From positions 37,014,001 to 37,078,000 of the forward strand of contig NC_043005.1 of NCBI RefSeq assembly GCF_006345805.1: a DNA stretch of 64,000 nt, read 5' to 3'. The translations under genes and the position numbers were made by a program. Source of the stretch: Octopus sinensis (Eukaryota). The notes under the pieces are model-generated. The model worked only from the letters and a program-made list of their open reading frames with translations, was not told the origin of the DNA and made no database searches. This document shows positions 1-13,709 of this stretch, piece after piece (positions within the stretch are counted from its first letter, which is position 1; every line of letters starts with the position of its first letter).

Positions 1-63
1 CAACCTTTGTGCTAGCTGGTGCCCATTTTCCTTTACTGTCATTAGGCTTATTATATATATATA

Positions 64-115
<52 letters not shown>

Positions 116-800
116 AAAACAAAAGATGGAACAAGAACGTAACAGGAGTCAACAAAGATACAAAAAAAGACATGAAAAACAAGGAGTTTTCTATCTTCAG
201 TCGATTTCCAGATCGCCGTTGCAGTTTTGGCCGGTTACACTCGTGGCTGCTCCAATCTGACCGGTTCCAAGAAAATCTAAGCTAAGTGCACTAGATTCTT
301 TGGAAGAAAGCAAGTGAAGAAAACAAGGGTGAAAAATATCGAGAAATGGTACACAATTATAAATACAAACAACAGGATATTAACAATAGGTGTCTTTCGA
401 CTAAGGACGAATTAAATTAAGCTGGCCTGTGTGGAAGTGAAGCCTTACGACAGGAAAATAAGAAATGAAAAGTCATAGAAAGGAATATAAGAGATGCTAT
501 AGGGATGATAGTCGAACAAAGAAAGGTGAGGCTCGACGAAATATCGGTCACGTGGAAAGGGAGGGGAGAGATAGGGGCAGAGGGATTGGAGAATTAGGGA
601 GGGACGAGAAGGAGACAAAAAGAAAGTAAATAGAGTGAGGGAGGTAAAGGAGGGGGAAAGTGATGAGAATGAAGGGAAGGCCAAGTACTACGAGAGAGGG
701 AGGGCGAGGAAAAGAAAAGTGGAACGAAGAAAGTGTGAAGGGGGCTAAAAGAAAAAGTAAGAGTCGTACAGAATTTATATATATATATATATATATATAT

Positions 801-882
801 GAGACTAAAAGTGTACGTACGCCGCTATATATATATATATATATATATACATATATATGAGACTAAAAGTGTACGTACGCCG

Positions 883-965
<83 letters not shown>

Positions 966-1158
966 TATCATAATTAAAAAATGGAACAAGAACGTAACAG
1001 GCGACAACAAAACATCCGGACAGTTAGACGATACAAAAAGAGACAGGAAAAAGCAAGGACGAATCATGCGGAGCATTGTTTTGTTTATATATATATATAT
1101 CTATATATATATATATATATATACATATATATAGTGGCGTACTTATACTTTTGGTCTC
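801..1158. repeat. 28-bp unit in (TA)n: two direct copies (801-828, 859-886) and one inverted copy (1131-1158)
   Basis: gagactaaaagtgtacgtacgccgctat occurs twice; atagtggcgtacttatacttttggtctc is its reverse complement with 4 mismatches. Confidence 0.85.
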
Positions 1159-1163
1159 CTATA

Positions 1164-1249
<86 letters not shown>

Positions 1250-1310
1250 GTGTGTGTGTGTGTGTGTGTGTGTACACAACCACACATACACACACATGTA
1301 TGTATACAGA

Positions 1311-1350
<40 letters not shown>

Positions 1351-1906
1351 CATATATGTGTCGTTGGGTTTTAATTATTTCTAGCTGTTTAGAAAAAAAC
1401 TACCAACAGACGTAAACTCCAAATGACAATATATTATATTTGTGTTTTCAGCAAGTTAAATTGAATGTCAATCGTAATAGATTACTTTACAGGCCATTTA
1501 GAACTGTTAAGAACATCGGGAGATCAAAGAATGGAAACGATGTCACTTTTGAAATTCTTCGTGATATTAGACAAAGCACACGGAATTGAGACTGATTTTC
1601 GACGAACCATTTCAAAATACTTGAGAACAGAGTACAAAGAAAAAGTAGTAATTAAGAAACTACTGGGAACATTGCACAAAACAAAAGGATGGATTTTTTT
1701 GTAAACAATTTCCAGCTGTTTAAACAATTAGACAGATGATGGTTGTGTAAAAAAAAAACCATTAATCCCACAACAAATTAACAGTTTGGTAAACACTTAA
1801 AACAGAACATTTGAAAGAGAGAGAAAAGTAAATGTTTATTTTCAGCTTTTGAAATGCATCTTCCACAAACGACCTTGAAGGCGAGAAAGTGATTAAAGCT
1901 CTGCCA

Positions 1907-2256
1907 GGCGCTGGTATGGCCGTATGTTGAACAAACTTGATTTGCACCACGTAGTTTCGGGTTCAGTCCCCATTGTATAACATCTTGAGGATGCGCCTTC
2001 TGTTATAGCTCCAAGCAGACCGATGATTAGTGAGCGAATTAGGTAGACGGAAAATGTGTGGAAGCTCTTCGTATATGTGTGTGTCTTTTTGCTTGTGTTT
2101 GTCCCTATATTGTCCCTTCTGACAACCGGCATTTCTTTGTTTACGTTCTGATAACTATGTGGTTCAGCAAAAGAGAGATAGAATAAGTACCAGACTTTTT
2201 AAAAGTTAAGTACAGGAGTTAATTTGGTGTCCAATGACTGAAACAAGTGAAAAACA
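1907..2256 (+). mobile_element. tRNA-derived SINE, family 2 (CORE-like), degenerate
   Basis: Head with gggttcagtccc B-box-like motif, body gatagaataagtacc, tail tgactgaaacaagt; same layout as the copy at 51770-52105. Confidence 0.75.
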
Positions 2257-3061
2257 AATTAATCTTATGAGAACGATATCCCCCATCTTTCAAACAAGAA
2301 AAGGATGTTTAGTATTTCTATTTATTTTGGGTTTTTAATTAATTTCTACTGAGGTCGTTCCGTTGAATACAATGAGCTGGAAGTAGTACATTTTGAGACA
2401 CTTAACCCTCAATATAGATCCTATCCTAGTTTAACCAACTGAAAATGGCTGGCAATACATGACAGTCTAATAACCGTTTTTCATTGCTTATGAAGTTTCG
2501 ACAAATTATTACTAATGATGTAATGATTTTGCGATATGTGCAATAGATATGTATACTATATCATGGACAATTTGCTATCCTTGATAAACTGGTGAGAATA
2601 TTTCGATAAAATATGAATGACGTTTTAAAGGCCATTTTCAAATGATGATAAATTATGTATTCCACTCGTGAATAATTAAATCCAACTCGTCAGAAGTCAA
2701 TTACTCTCTCATAATAATTAATCTGTTTAAATCCTAACGAGTTGGCATTGTTTGCCAATTATCCAAATAACGATGAAATCACAAACCTGTTACATGCTTG
2801 CGAGAGTCAGTATAGTTGACGATCTAACTCCATCAGTGTATGTTAATAAGGAACGTAGTAGATTAAATAGAATACTCTAAAAACAGAGCAATTTCGAACA
2901 AGCTTTGTATATGACCCTGTGTGATTGCTACTTGAGACATTTCAACACCCTTTATACGCTTAGTGACTGATATATCTATCAATAAACGTTGACGATTCGA
3001 CTTAGCTCACCGAGGGTTACTCGTCACTGTACTATGCCGTTTGTAGAAGTATACTTTCTAA

Positions 3062-3266
3062 TTTTGGTATAAGTCCAGCAATTTTGAGGGGAGGTGGAAG
3101 TCGATTACATCGATCGCTGTGCTCAACTGGTACTTGTATCAACCACTTAAAGAATGACAGGCAAAGTCAGCTTCGGTTATATTTGAACTCAGAAAGTAAA
3201 CAGTCGGGAGAAATGCCACTAAGCATTTTGTCCACCACTGTAGCGATTCTGCCAGCTCACCGCCTT
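3062..3266 (-). mobile_element. tRNA-derived SINE, family 1
   Basis: Reverse complement of aaggcggtgagctggcagaatcg...ctgagttcaaat...gatgtaatcgac. Confidence 0.8.
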
Positions 3267-3274
3267 ATATGATT

Positions 3275-3464
3275 GATTTCAAGTTTTAGCACAAAACCAG
3301 AAATTTCGGTGGAGGGTATAAGTCGAGTACATCGATCCCACGACCCTGAAAGGATGAAAGATAAAATCGACCTGAGCGGAATCTGAATTCAGAACGTAAG
3401 GACAGTCGAAATGTCGCTAAGCATTATGCTCGGCGTGCTAATGATTCTGCCAACTCACCGCATT
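3275..3464 (-). mobile_element. tRNA-derived SINE, family 1 (second tandem copy)
   Basis: Same motifs as 3062-3266, head-to-tail. Confidence 0.75.
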
Positions 3465-4486
3465 ATGTGTAAGTAAATATTAATATATTTTTAGTAAAAC
3501 GTATGTCATGTTTATAGAAGATAAGTGTTCGAGTGCCTCAGACAGCCGTCGATTTTTCTCTTTTTTTGTACAGGGTTTATTTTAACCCAACATTTTCACG
3601 CTATTATTAATAGATCTACTTCAAGTTCCGCCATTATGAACGAATTGTTTCACATCTCTCGAAGTTTCTAAATTCTTTTTGCATTGGCTCATTACCACAT
3701 TTTATAGAGTGGGGTTTATAGACAGATAAATTGATCCCTGTTAATATTGGTACTTAATTTATCATCCCAGAGAGATGAAAAATAAAATTGATCACGCAAG
3801 AATATTGAACACAAATCGATGACTTACGGAACTAATTATACGCCATTAAAGGAAAGAGCGTCAAATAGATACAGAGGGGTTCAGGTTTGCATTTCTCTTC
3901 TTATTAAATTAAAAGGGGCGTGCAAATCAAATTAAAAACAAAGCGGAGGGAATATAAAAATGCTTTTGAATAATTAGCTAATGAGATGATTCTACTAATT
4001 AATTACGGCGTTGCTATAATATAGTAATTATCTCATTTGAAATGTTTTGTGTAAATTTACTAGAGAAACACTTATGTGCCCTACATATATAACAGAATGG
4101 AAATATTTGGTGATACCTCAGATAATAGGTTAGGGCTGCGCTGGATTAACCATTAAGCAAAACAAGCACATGTCTACGGCATCAAGGGAATGTGGGGTAC
4201 CACAGAAATGGTAAATGTTTTACGAGACAAGAAGAAATCACTTTAAACTTGCTAAAATAATATTCTAAGTAGTTTATATGATTAGAAATATAATATCGAA
4301 GAGCTCATGGTGTCATAGTGAAGATATGTTCAAATATCTTGCAATTAAAAAAAAAAATAGGTGAAAACTTTTAAAATATAAATAAAATGGAAGTATACAA
4401 AAATAAACATTATTTGCTATACTATTGTTAGTTTTGTTTCATTTTATGGTTTATTATTGTTTACTATTGTCTAAATTTTGAAAAGT

Positions 4487-4868
4487 GGAGGCGCAATGGC
4501 CCGGTGATTAGTTCGGTAGACTTGCGGTCGTAGGATCGCGGTCTCGATTCTACGACCGAGCGTTGTGAGTGGTTATTGAGCGAAAACACCTAAAGCCACG
4601 AGGTTCTGGCAGGGAGTGGTGGTGAACCCTGCTATACTCTTTCACCACAACTTTCTCTCACTCTTTCTTCCTGTTTCTGTTGGTCTTGTATTTCAAAGGA
4701 CCAGCCTTGTTACACTCTGTGTCACGCTGAATCTCCCCGAGAACTACGTTAAGAGTACAGGTGTCTGTGAAGTGCTCAGCCACTTGCACGTTAATTTGAT
4801 GAGCAGGCTGTTCCGTTGATCGGATCAACTGGAACCCTCGTGGTTATAACCGACGGAGTGCCAGAATA
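4487..4868 (+). mobile_element. tRNA-Arg-like SINE (octopus OR-type), near full length
   Basis: A box tggcccggtg, anticodon arm gacttgcggtc (GCG), B box ggtctcgattc; 5' part shared with 47528-47688. Confidence 0.8.
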
Positions 4869-4984
4869 TATTGAAACGCATATTATGGGGGCACCAAAAT
4901 CTTTTAAGTGGCTAGGAGCATCTATGGGTTAGGCAAAACGTCTAATGAATTTAGAGACCTCGTTTACAATTGTATGAAGATGTC

Positions 4985-5330
4985 ATCATCATCATTTAAC
5001 GCACTTGTTTCATACTAACATGGGTTGGGCGGTTTTACACTGTCCAGTGGGTCCAAGAATCGCATTGTACTTCACTGTCTACTTTGGCTTGTTTTCTGTG
5101 ACTGGATACCCTTCTCAATGCCAGCCACGTTACAGCGTGTACTGAGTGTTACTCTTTTTGTTTTTTCGTATTGCAATGCAGCTTGCAAGTCTAGGTGGTT
5201 TTATGCTACACTAGGAGATGAACACTTAAACTATGAAGATGTTTCTTGCTGTAGAGGCGCTACATGGCTAACTGACATTTTAGAAGAGAAGCTGGGAGCG
5301 ATCGGGGTGAATCGGGTAAGAAATTAAAAT
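4985..5330. mobile_element. degenerate retroposon relic following (CAT)n, family uncertain
   Basis: catgggttgggcggttt and ctggatacccttctcaatgccagccac resemble a common cephalopod repeat end; from recognition only. Confidence 0.35.
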
Positions 5331-6652
5331 AATAATATGTTTAAATAAGACAAATCCTCTTTGTAGCTTTGAGTGTAGCTTAATTTTGGTAGCAATGGTG
5401 ATCATTCTTTTCCATTAACACCACATGTAAAATAGGAAGTTATAAATGAGATTCACCAACCTCAGGAAAGCGAAATAATGAAACAAAACAAATATTGATC
5501 GATAATCTAACACTGATTGATTAATCACGTTTAAATCGAAGATAATTATCATTCGTTGACTATTTTTTATTGTGTGTCAGTCTTAGCAATAATTTCACTG
5601 GCTGAGTATTAGCATATTAGCAGCATTTTGAAAAAAAAACAAAACAAAAAACACATTTTATCTTATTTATTTAGTTAATTTTATCAGATCTGGTTCCATT
5701 GTTTGTTTTTGCAACTCAAACCACAAGTAAAAGCAAGTAGGATTTTTGTAGGGACACAAATATGAGCGCTCCTGAATTATCAGAAGCAATGCTTAGAGGA
5801 TTGATAAAACTTTCATTATATGTTGTTTCTCCATAAGAGATATTGTTTGCCACAAGCAAGGTGTGAAGAATTTTCTCTCAGCAATGTCAGCAGTAAACGT
5901 TCTACCCTTTTCATACAAGTGTTTCATACATGTTCTGAGAATACTTCAAGTCGCCAATATTAATGAAATAACCCTTTAGAACCAGCGAGTACACTTTAAC
6001 GGGTGCGATTTGGTGGGCTATATCACTGAAACTCACGAAAGTGAGCGGCCACGATTTTGCATTTTTGATTCCAATAATTGGTAGAAACATCGTTACTTTC
6101 AACTGTTACCACAAAACCTTACGGCCGCTCTCATTTGTGTCCGTGCTTTCGAATTGTGATGGATTAATCAGCGAGGCAGTGGTAACTGATCGATCCGATC
6201 GATGTTTGTCAGATATTTCTTAGATAAATTTGAGATCTCTATAGGAGACTAATACCGAATTGCATCACGAAACCAACTCTTCGGGATCTATGTTGTTCTA
6301 TCTTGAGCAATAATGTTAATTGGCTGATTTATGGACGCTCACATTCGTGCATACATACAAAAATACATACTAAAATATATCTCTATTCAAGATCCTCGTC
6401 ATGGAGTAACTCTATGTCACACTAAATATGGAGTGAAATTCGCTTTGCCAGTTTATCACATCAAAGTAACCAATTCTCAACCGCCTGCTTCCAAAATGGC
6501 AATAAATCGACCTACAAGCGTGGACTATTTTATAAAGAGTCAATGAATGAAAGGAAGATGAGAGTAAAAGAGAAAAAGAACATCAGCTGGAAATGATTCT
6601 CTGATGGCTTTTATTAAATGACACCCACCATCCCTCACTTTCTCTCTCTTCC

Positions 6653-6855
6653 GTGTGTGTGTGTGTGTGTCTATGCGAATACGTACATTTTCACATTATA
6701 TCTATCTTCCCCCTCTCACTCTCCCTCTCTATATATGTGTGTGTGTGTATGTGTGTGTATATATATGTGTATGTATGCATATATATATATATGTATGTGT
6801 GTGTATATATATATATATATATGTATATGTATGTATATGTATATATATGAATATG

Positions 6856-6892
<37 letters not shown>

Positions 6893-7145
6893 GTGTGTAT
6901 ATATATGCATATGTATGTATATATATATATGTATATATATGTATATATATATATATATATGTATAGGTATGCATATATATATATATATGTATATGTATGT
7001 ATATATATATATATGTATGTATATATATGTGTATGTATATGTATATATATATGTATATGTATGTATATATGTATGTATATATATATATGTATATGTATAT
7101 ATATGTGTATATATATATATGTATATATATATGTATATATATCTG

Positions 7146-7180
<35 letters not shown>

Positions 7181-7560
7181 CTGTATATATATATATGTAT
7201 ATACATATCTGTATATACATATATATATATGTATATGTATGTATATGTATGTGTATGTGTATATATATATGTATATATATATATATGTATATGTGTATAT
7301 GTATGTATATATATATATGTATATGTATATATATATGTATATGTATATATATATGTATATGTGTATATATATATATATATGTATGCATATATATATATAT
7401 GTATGCATATATATATGTATGAATGTATATATGTATGTATGTATATGTATATATATATATGTATATTATATATATGTATATGGATATATATATGTGTATG
7501 TATATATATATATGTATATATATATATATGTATGTATATATATGTATATATATATATATA

Positions 7561-7593
<33 letters not shown>

Positions 7594-7610
7594 CATATTT
7601 ATATATACAG
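6653..7610. repeat. ~950-bp compound (TA)n/(TG)n/(TATATG)n microsatellite
   Basis: Direct reading; source of the YIYI/CVCV pseudo-ORFs. Confidence 0.95.
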
Positions 7611-7859
7611 AGAGACAGACAGACAGACAGACTGACAGACAGAGTGGGGGAGACACTGGCACACTCCAATACATATGCACAGCTAAACGTGCTTACACAT
7701 ACAAATATTTACATATTCACACGCACGCACGTACACGACCACCCATTCACACAGGTCTATCTTCCCTTTTGCGCGGCGCTAAAAATCCATTATCGTTGTG
7801 AACTGAAACCAAATCATGTTTGATTGGAGGAGAAACGGTTCATCGTCGCCGCCGACGGA

Positions 7860-7970
7860 GGATGACGACGACGACAGTCGTAGTGATAGTGGTGGTGGTT
7901 GTAGTAGTAGTAGTAGTAGTAGTAGTAAGTAGTAGTAGTAGTAGTAGTAGTAGTTGTTGTTGTTGTTGTT

Positions 7971-8003
<33 letters not shown>

Positions 8004-8005
8004 AG
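7860..8005. repeat. trinucleotide microsatellite block (GAC/GTA/GTT)n
   Basis: Direct reading. Confidence 0.9.
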
Positions 8006-8349
8006 CAGCAGCATTTGTGGTCGCTGATTTTGTTGCTTTTGTCATCGTTACTCTTATTAAAACTGTTGCGATCGAGTTAAAGAAGCAAATTGAATAAATG
8101 AACCGGCATTTTATTCTTTTTTCTTATTTCGTAATCTGTTAATTCCACAAGTCGGAAATATCGCAATCTTTGTGTTTGTCATACAGAGCGATGATAAACT
8201 GTAATATTACCTCATTTATTTAACTCTTTCATTAGATATACAATTGGTTCGTCTTTCATTTTTTATTTATTTTTGCACACACAGATAACCTTTCGCAACT
8301 AACATGCAACCAATATCGTTATTAAATACACTATAAAAATAAATAAGGA

Positions 8350-8418
<69 letters not shown>

Positions 8419-8428
8419 CATTATTATT

Positions 8429-8661
8429 AAGGCGGCGATCTGGCTTGAAACCTTAGTGCGCCGGGCAAAATGCTTAGCGGTATTTCGTCTGTAGTTATGT
8501 TCTGAGTTCAAATTCCGCCGAGGTCGACTTTGCCTTTCATCCTTTCGGGGTCGATAAATAAAGAACCAGTTTCGCACTGGGGTCCATGTAATCGACTGAA
8601 TCCCTTTGTCTGTCCTTGTTTGTCCCCTCTATGTTTAGCCCATTGTGGGTAGTAAAGAAAT
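8429..8661 (+). mobile_element. SINE family 1 between (ATT)n tracts
   Basis: aaggcggcga...gttctgagttcaaattccgccgaggtcgactttgcctttcatcc...gcccattgtgggtagtaaagaaat then (ATT)n. Confidence 0.9.
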
Positions 8662-8664
8662 GTA

Positions 8665-8762
<98 letters not shown>

Positions 8763-9031
8763 TATTATTATTATCATCATCATTATGTACATAACAGATT
8801 AGACTGTTGGAAAAAAAATCCTAACATCGGGATACAACAAGTAACCTTAGATATCAAGAACCCTCCTGAGTATCCTAGCTGTCCCCAATAACACTGTTTT
8901 CTGGGGCTGTACTAAACTGGGTTTTACGCCTATTTCCTCTATCCGTTCGTTTTCCTAATGCATCTATAACTACTAGATACATTTTACCAACACTTTCCAT
9001 AGTCGCTGTAATTATTGTTGTTGTTGTTATT

Positions 9032-9232
9032 AAGGTGGTGAGCTGGCAGAATGTTTAGCACACCAAATAATGTGCTTAGCGGCATTTCGCCCGTCTGCCC
9101 GTTCCAAGTTCAAATTCCGGCTAGTTAGGTCAACTTTGCCTCTCATCTTTTCGGGGATTGTACACTGGAGTCGATGTAATCGACAATCCCCTCCTCAAAT
9201 ATTGCAGGTCTTGTGCCTATAATGAGAAATGG
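9032..9232 (+). mobile_element. SINE family 1
   Basis: aaggtggtgagctggcagaatg...gttcaaattcc...gtcaactttgcc...gatgtaatcgac. Confidence 0.8.
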
Positions 9233-9240
9233 TTATTATT

Positions 9241-9432
9241 AAGGCAGCGATCTGGCAGAATTGTTAGCGAGTCAAACAAAATGCGTCTCAGCATCAGTTC
9301 AAATTCCGCTGTGGTCGACTTTACTTTTAATCTTTGCGGGATTGATAAAATGAGTACCAGTCAAGTACTGAGTCGATGTAATAGACTTGCCTCCTCCCTT
9401 AAAGTTTCAAGCCTTGTGCCAACAATAGATTG
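9241..9432 (+). mobile_element. SINE family 1 (tandem copy)
   Basis: aaggcagcgatctggcagaattg...agttcaaattccgc...gataaaatgagtaccag. Confidence 0.8.
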
Positions 9433-9457
9433 AATTAACTTTATTTTCAGTCATCAA

Positions 9458-9510
<53 letters not shown>

Positions 9511-9534
9511 CCATTATTGTTATTAGTAATAGTA

Positions 9535-9733
9535 GTAATCCTCACTACGCTGTAAATTGGAGATAAGGAACTGAGAAAAGGCATCTGCCTCAGAAGGCAT
9601 AGCAAGCCCTGCTTTTATGGGGTTTTCACTCAATCAGTTCTTGAATGGCTCCTCAATACTGAGAAAAACTCATTGTTAAAATCTTATTATTATTCTTGTA
9701 TTTGTTAATCCTTTTTATACGCAAAACCCTCAC

Positions 9734-9789
<56 letters not shown>

Positions 9790-9863
9790 ACACTCAATGT
9801 TTTATCTTGTGCCGCGCTAAACGTTTTTATTAATGTAAACCCCTTTGTGGTTAATAAAGAAAT
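9535..9863 (+). mobile_element. probable LINE 3' UTR ending in the cccttgtgg..aataaagaaat tail
   Basis: Ends cccctttgtggttaataaagaaat then (ATT)-like repeats, matching the 3' end of the Tx1-like element at 11525-11612 (-). Confidence 0.4.
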
Positions 9864-10208
9864 CATTATCATTATTATTAATTATTATTACCCTCCCATC
9901 ATCATTTTCATTTTTTATTATCAGCATCATCATGATCATCTGCATCATCTTCATCATCATTATCGTTGTCGTTGTTGTTGCTGCTATTGTTATTATTTAT
10001 CATTCGCATCAGTATTATTCTTATAATTTATCATCGTCATCATCATCATTATTATTAGAACTGGTGATATTGACAATGGTGCAAAGTAAATTCCTCGGCA
10101 AAAGAACTCTAATTGTACATATAAAACGCTGTGCCATGAAACAGCAATTTCATTTCGAAATTTGAAACAATGTAACAAAATAACAACAATAACAACAACA
10201 ACAACAAC

Positions 10209-10241
<33 letters not shown>

Positions 10242-10507
10242 GATGATAATAATAATAAGAAGAAGAATAATGATAATAACAAAGAATAAATGAATATAAA
10301 AAATAAACGAAAGCAGAGCGTATAAAAACAGAATATACATAGAGCGGTGTTTATATAGAAATTTGATTTCGTTTTGTCTGTAGCTTTGTTTTGATTTATC
10401 TCATGTGACAAAATTGATTTATTTGCATATAAATATATATATACATACACACACGCGCACACATATGTATTCTTATGAATGCAAGTATATATACATATTA
10501 TATATAT

Positions 10508-10585
<78 letters not shown>

Positions 10586-10957
10586 GATTGCGTTTCTATA
10601 ATAGAAAAGCGCGGAAGCACACATATATATACGCATAGGCATACATATGCACACAGTTGTGTAGGCATGCCCATGACAATTGTAGTGTATTAACATTTAC
10701 CAGCGGTGTGTAAGCAACCTTTGATCGTTATGTGCAATGAACACTAAAACCAAAACTGCGAGAATTCAGAGACAATAACCGGGAATGCTGGGAAGACATA
10801 AAAACAAAAACAGAGCTCTTTATCCCGCTACTAACTCGTATTTCGCAGCAATTTTACTTACTATTGTCTTCTGGTTCAATGAAAGAGGATGGCAGACGGA
10901 GGAGAGGAGAGAGAGAAAGAGAGAGAGAAAGGATAGGAAAGATGTAGAAGTGTGTGC

Positions 10958-11018
<61 letters not shown>

Positions 11019-11044
11019 CTTCTGTATGTATATATATATGTATA

Positions 11045-11076
<32 letters not shown>

Positions 11077-11257
11077 CGCTGTAGTAGCACTGGCAAATTA
11101 CATCACTTTCCTACTTCTAATATCACGACGAACACACACAACTCTCATCGCTGTCGCTGTTATCAGCTTCGCTTTCCACAATCATTTTGATCCGCATCTG
11201 CTACCCAAACCATGCAACATTACAAAAGCGATTAGCGCAAAAATCACCACACTGTTT

Positions 11258-11302
<45 letters not shown>

Positions 11303-11313
11303 AATAATAATAA

Positions 11314-11344
<31 letters not shown>

Positions 11345-11345
<1 letters not shown>

Positions 11346-11515
11346 AGGAATCGAGAGAATATGAAGGAAATTAGAAAAGGTTTGCCTCCTTGGCACGGTC
11401 AGAATAATCAGGAAAGCATTAGATAACTGAAAAGAACGGGTAGCATGGTACCGTAGGCTGCGGGTAGCAAAACTCGGGGAGTTGCAACAAAACCTGTGAT
11501 AAAGAGAAATGATAA
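11345..11515 (+). mobile_element. R4/Dong-type LINE, extreme 3' end
   Basis: Encodes LLGTVRIIRKALDN* (typical REL-LINE C-terminus), short 3' UTR, then (AAT)n. Confidence 0.7.
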
Positions 11516-11524
11516 TAATAATAA

Positions 11525-11554
11525 TTCTTTCTTTTATTTGCCACAAGGGCGAAG

Positions 11555-11589
<35 letters not shown>

Positions 11590-12740
11590 CCTTTTGTTAT
11601 TGGCCACAAGGGCCGAATACAAAAGCAATTAGGGGCAATACAAAACAAAGGACAAGTGATGTTTAAAACAGATAAGCGTGTAAACAATAAAAACAAAAGC
11701 GGTTAACAAAAAAATTAAACAATAAAATTCCCTAACAGGGTGGAGTTCCACCTATGGCCAACCATGGTACCCCACACATCCTGGTCACCCCGACTATCAA
11801 GGGCACTCAAAGTAGGCGCCACTGTTCCTCTCAAATGCTCAGGCTTACAGACGAATATTCAGAGTAGGCCCCTTCACACGAACCATTTTTATAACATCCA
11901 CTCACCTTTCAACAAATTACTGGGGGCAGTACTTCCTTCTCTACCCTCACTTTCCTTTTCAAGTGGAACTTGTAAAAGTCGGTGAGGGCTCGGCCGAAGA
12001 GCAAAAATTATCTGTCTCCCATCCTTTCAGTCTCGTCCACTACACAACTTATTTCGCTATAGTCACCAGGTAGAGAAAACTGCCTTTCCCTCCTAGCCAA
12101 GAGAAGGCAGCGAGGATGATCCTCCCAATGGACTCGGCTGATAACCAGATCCGTCCTACATGTGACAACAGCTGTTCGACAAATCTCCACAGGTCAGTAA
12201 TGCATGGGCACCGGACGAGTCTATCAGGCCAGGCACGTAGTGGGGCAAGGGACGACGGTCAGGCGGTAGTCGATAACGGAAGCGATGCATACAGCACACA
12301 CCTCAAACAGGTCCGTCTGACAGCACTTCTGGTAGCACTGCCAGGTCAGGGATTTGTGGAAGTTATTCATAGGTCCTGGCCGAAAGTCCTCTGGAAAAAA
12401 CCAGTTAGTTGATCCCTCTCAATGCCCATAGTTTCCTCGAGTACGTCATCGCTCTTTCCCTCTACTAATCCTCTATAGAACTCCACGGTAAAACATCTAC
12501 CCACCGCGTTTCCCGACTAGCATACCAAGCGCCCTTTCTGGGTCTGCTTTTGACCCAGGAATGTAACTCCATCAATGAGATAAGCTGAGGAAAGTCCCTT
12601 TTGACGAACGGCGACCACACCTGCACGCCGTTAAGTAAACGCTGGAGATGTGGCAGCCTCAGCACATGTCTGCGCATCATTAGCTACGGCATGCCCAGTC
12701 CTCCAAAGAGTACTCCTCACGAGTACTTAAATCGGTCTTT
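11525..12740 (-). pseudogene. Tx1-like (L1 clade) non-LTR retrotransposon, ORF2 C-terminus plus 3' UTR, disrupted
   Basis: Minus-strand peptides FHKSLTWQCYQ, RCPCITDLWRFVEQLLSHVGRI, YLVTIAK*VV*WTRLKG, FYKFHLKRKVRVEKEVL; stops and frameshifts; terminal motif duplicated (11525-11550, 11588-11612). Confidence 0.7.
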
Positions 12741-12745
12741 CCGTA

Positions 12746-13312
12746 TTAATTTTGAGCTTTCTTTTGGGGTCTATGTGTGGTTGCAGGTGCATTAGTGCAT
12801 TTGGTTCGAGTAGTGGTGGTTGTGGGGATGGTAGTACTGGTGTTGCTTTTGCTGTGTCTATGTTCTATGTGTTGGGGCTTTCTGTGTTTTTCGGTGTTGA
12901 TGTAGGTTCTTTTATTTTTGTTTCCTTTACCTTTTTCATTTTTTACGTTGTGGGGTTCTTCCTCGTCTTCACTCCGGGATGAGTAGTGGCTAGTGTCTGG
13001 ATGGCCCGTCACGGGGAGTGTGAGTGTATCTCCGATAGCGTAAGCGCCGTTGTACGAGTGTATACTTGAGGAAGAGCGTAACAGAGGTGTTGATAGATAC
13101 TTTTTTTTGTTCTTTGTATGGGGTTCACATGCCTCTGTTGTTGTTGTTGGGGATGAGGCTATAGTTCTATAAAAAGGTCTCTGTTGTTGGGAGTGCGCTG
13201 TAGGCTGCAGGTGTGTCCGCGTCCCTCCCAACTTTTGGGAGCAGAAGGCTCTCAGGTAGCTTGTGGTCCCACAGCTGTCACATCTGAGCTTCCTGCCTTC
13301 CACGCTGACACG
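12746..13312 (-). pseudogene. Tx1-like ORF1 fragment with degenerate zinc knuckle
   Basis: RVSVEGRKLRCDSCGTTSYLRAFC resembles VEGR-x-C-x2-C-x4-H-x4-C with H->Y, followed by a low-complexity T/K/H-rich tail. Confidence 0.55.
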
Positions 13313-13709
13313 TAAAAGAAAGAAAGAAAAAAGCGTGTTAGATAATCTCTACATTGCTTTGAAAACAAAACCGGATGGTCACGACTGGAATGCTTTTGAT
13401 CGTCTATCTTCTCAATCTTGATTAATAATAATAACCACAATAAGAACTAGTAGATAAGGTTCTTCCCAATGGTAATTAATAAAATGAATACCTTTAGTGG
13501 TATTAGTATTACCAATGGGTTCTCCGTTAGTCTCGCTGATTAGCACTCATTTGTTGGACTGATCTATTTCCACTCGTGATCTTAACTTGAAACAAGTGTC
13601 TGATTATTCCATAGACACTTGCAAATTTAACGCAATTCTCAGAGCGATTCAGCGTTACACATTGCGTCAGTTATTTGTGTGTGTGCGCCTGTGCGTATGT
13701 GTATGTGTG

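Noticed and set aside
1452-1590. Plus-strand acceptor followed by 45 open codons (QVKLNVNRNRLLYRPFRTVK...)
   Set aside because: No recognisable homology; such stretches arise by chance at this frequency
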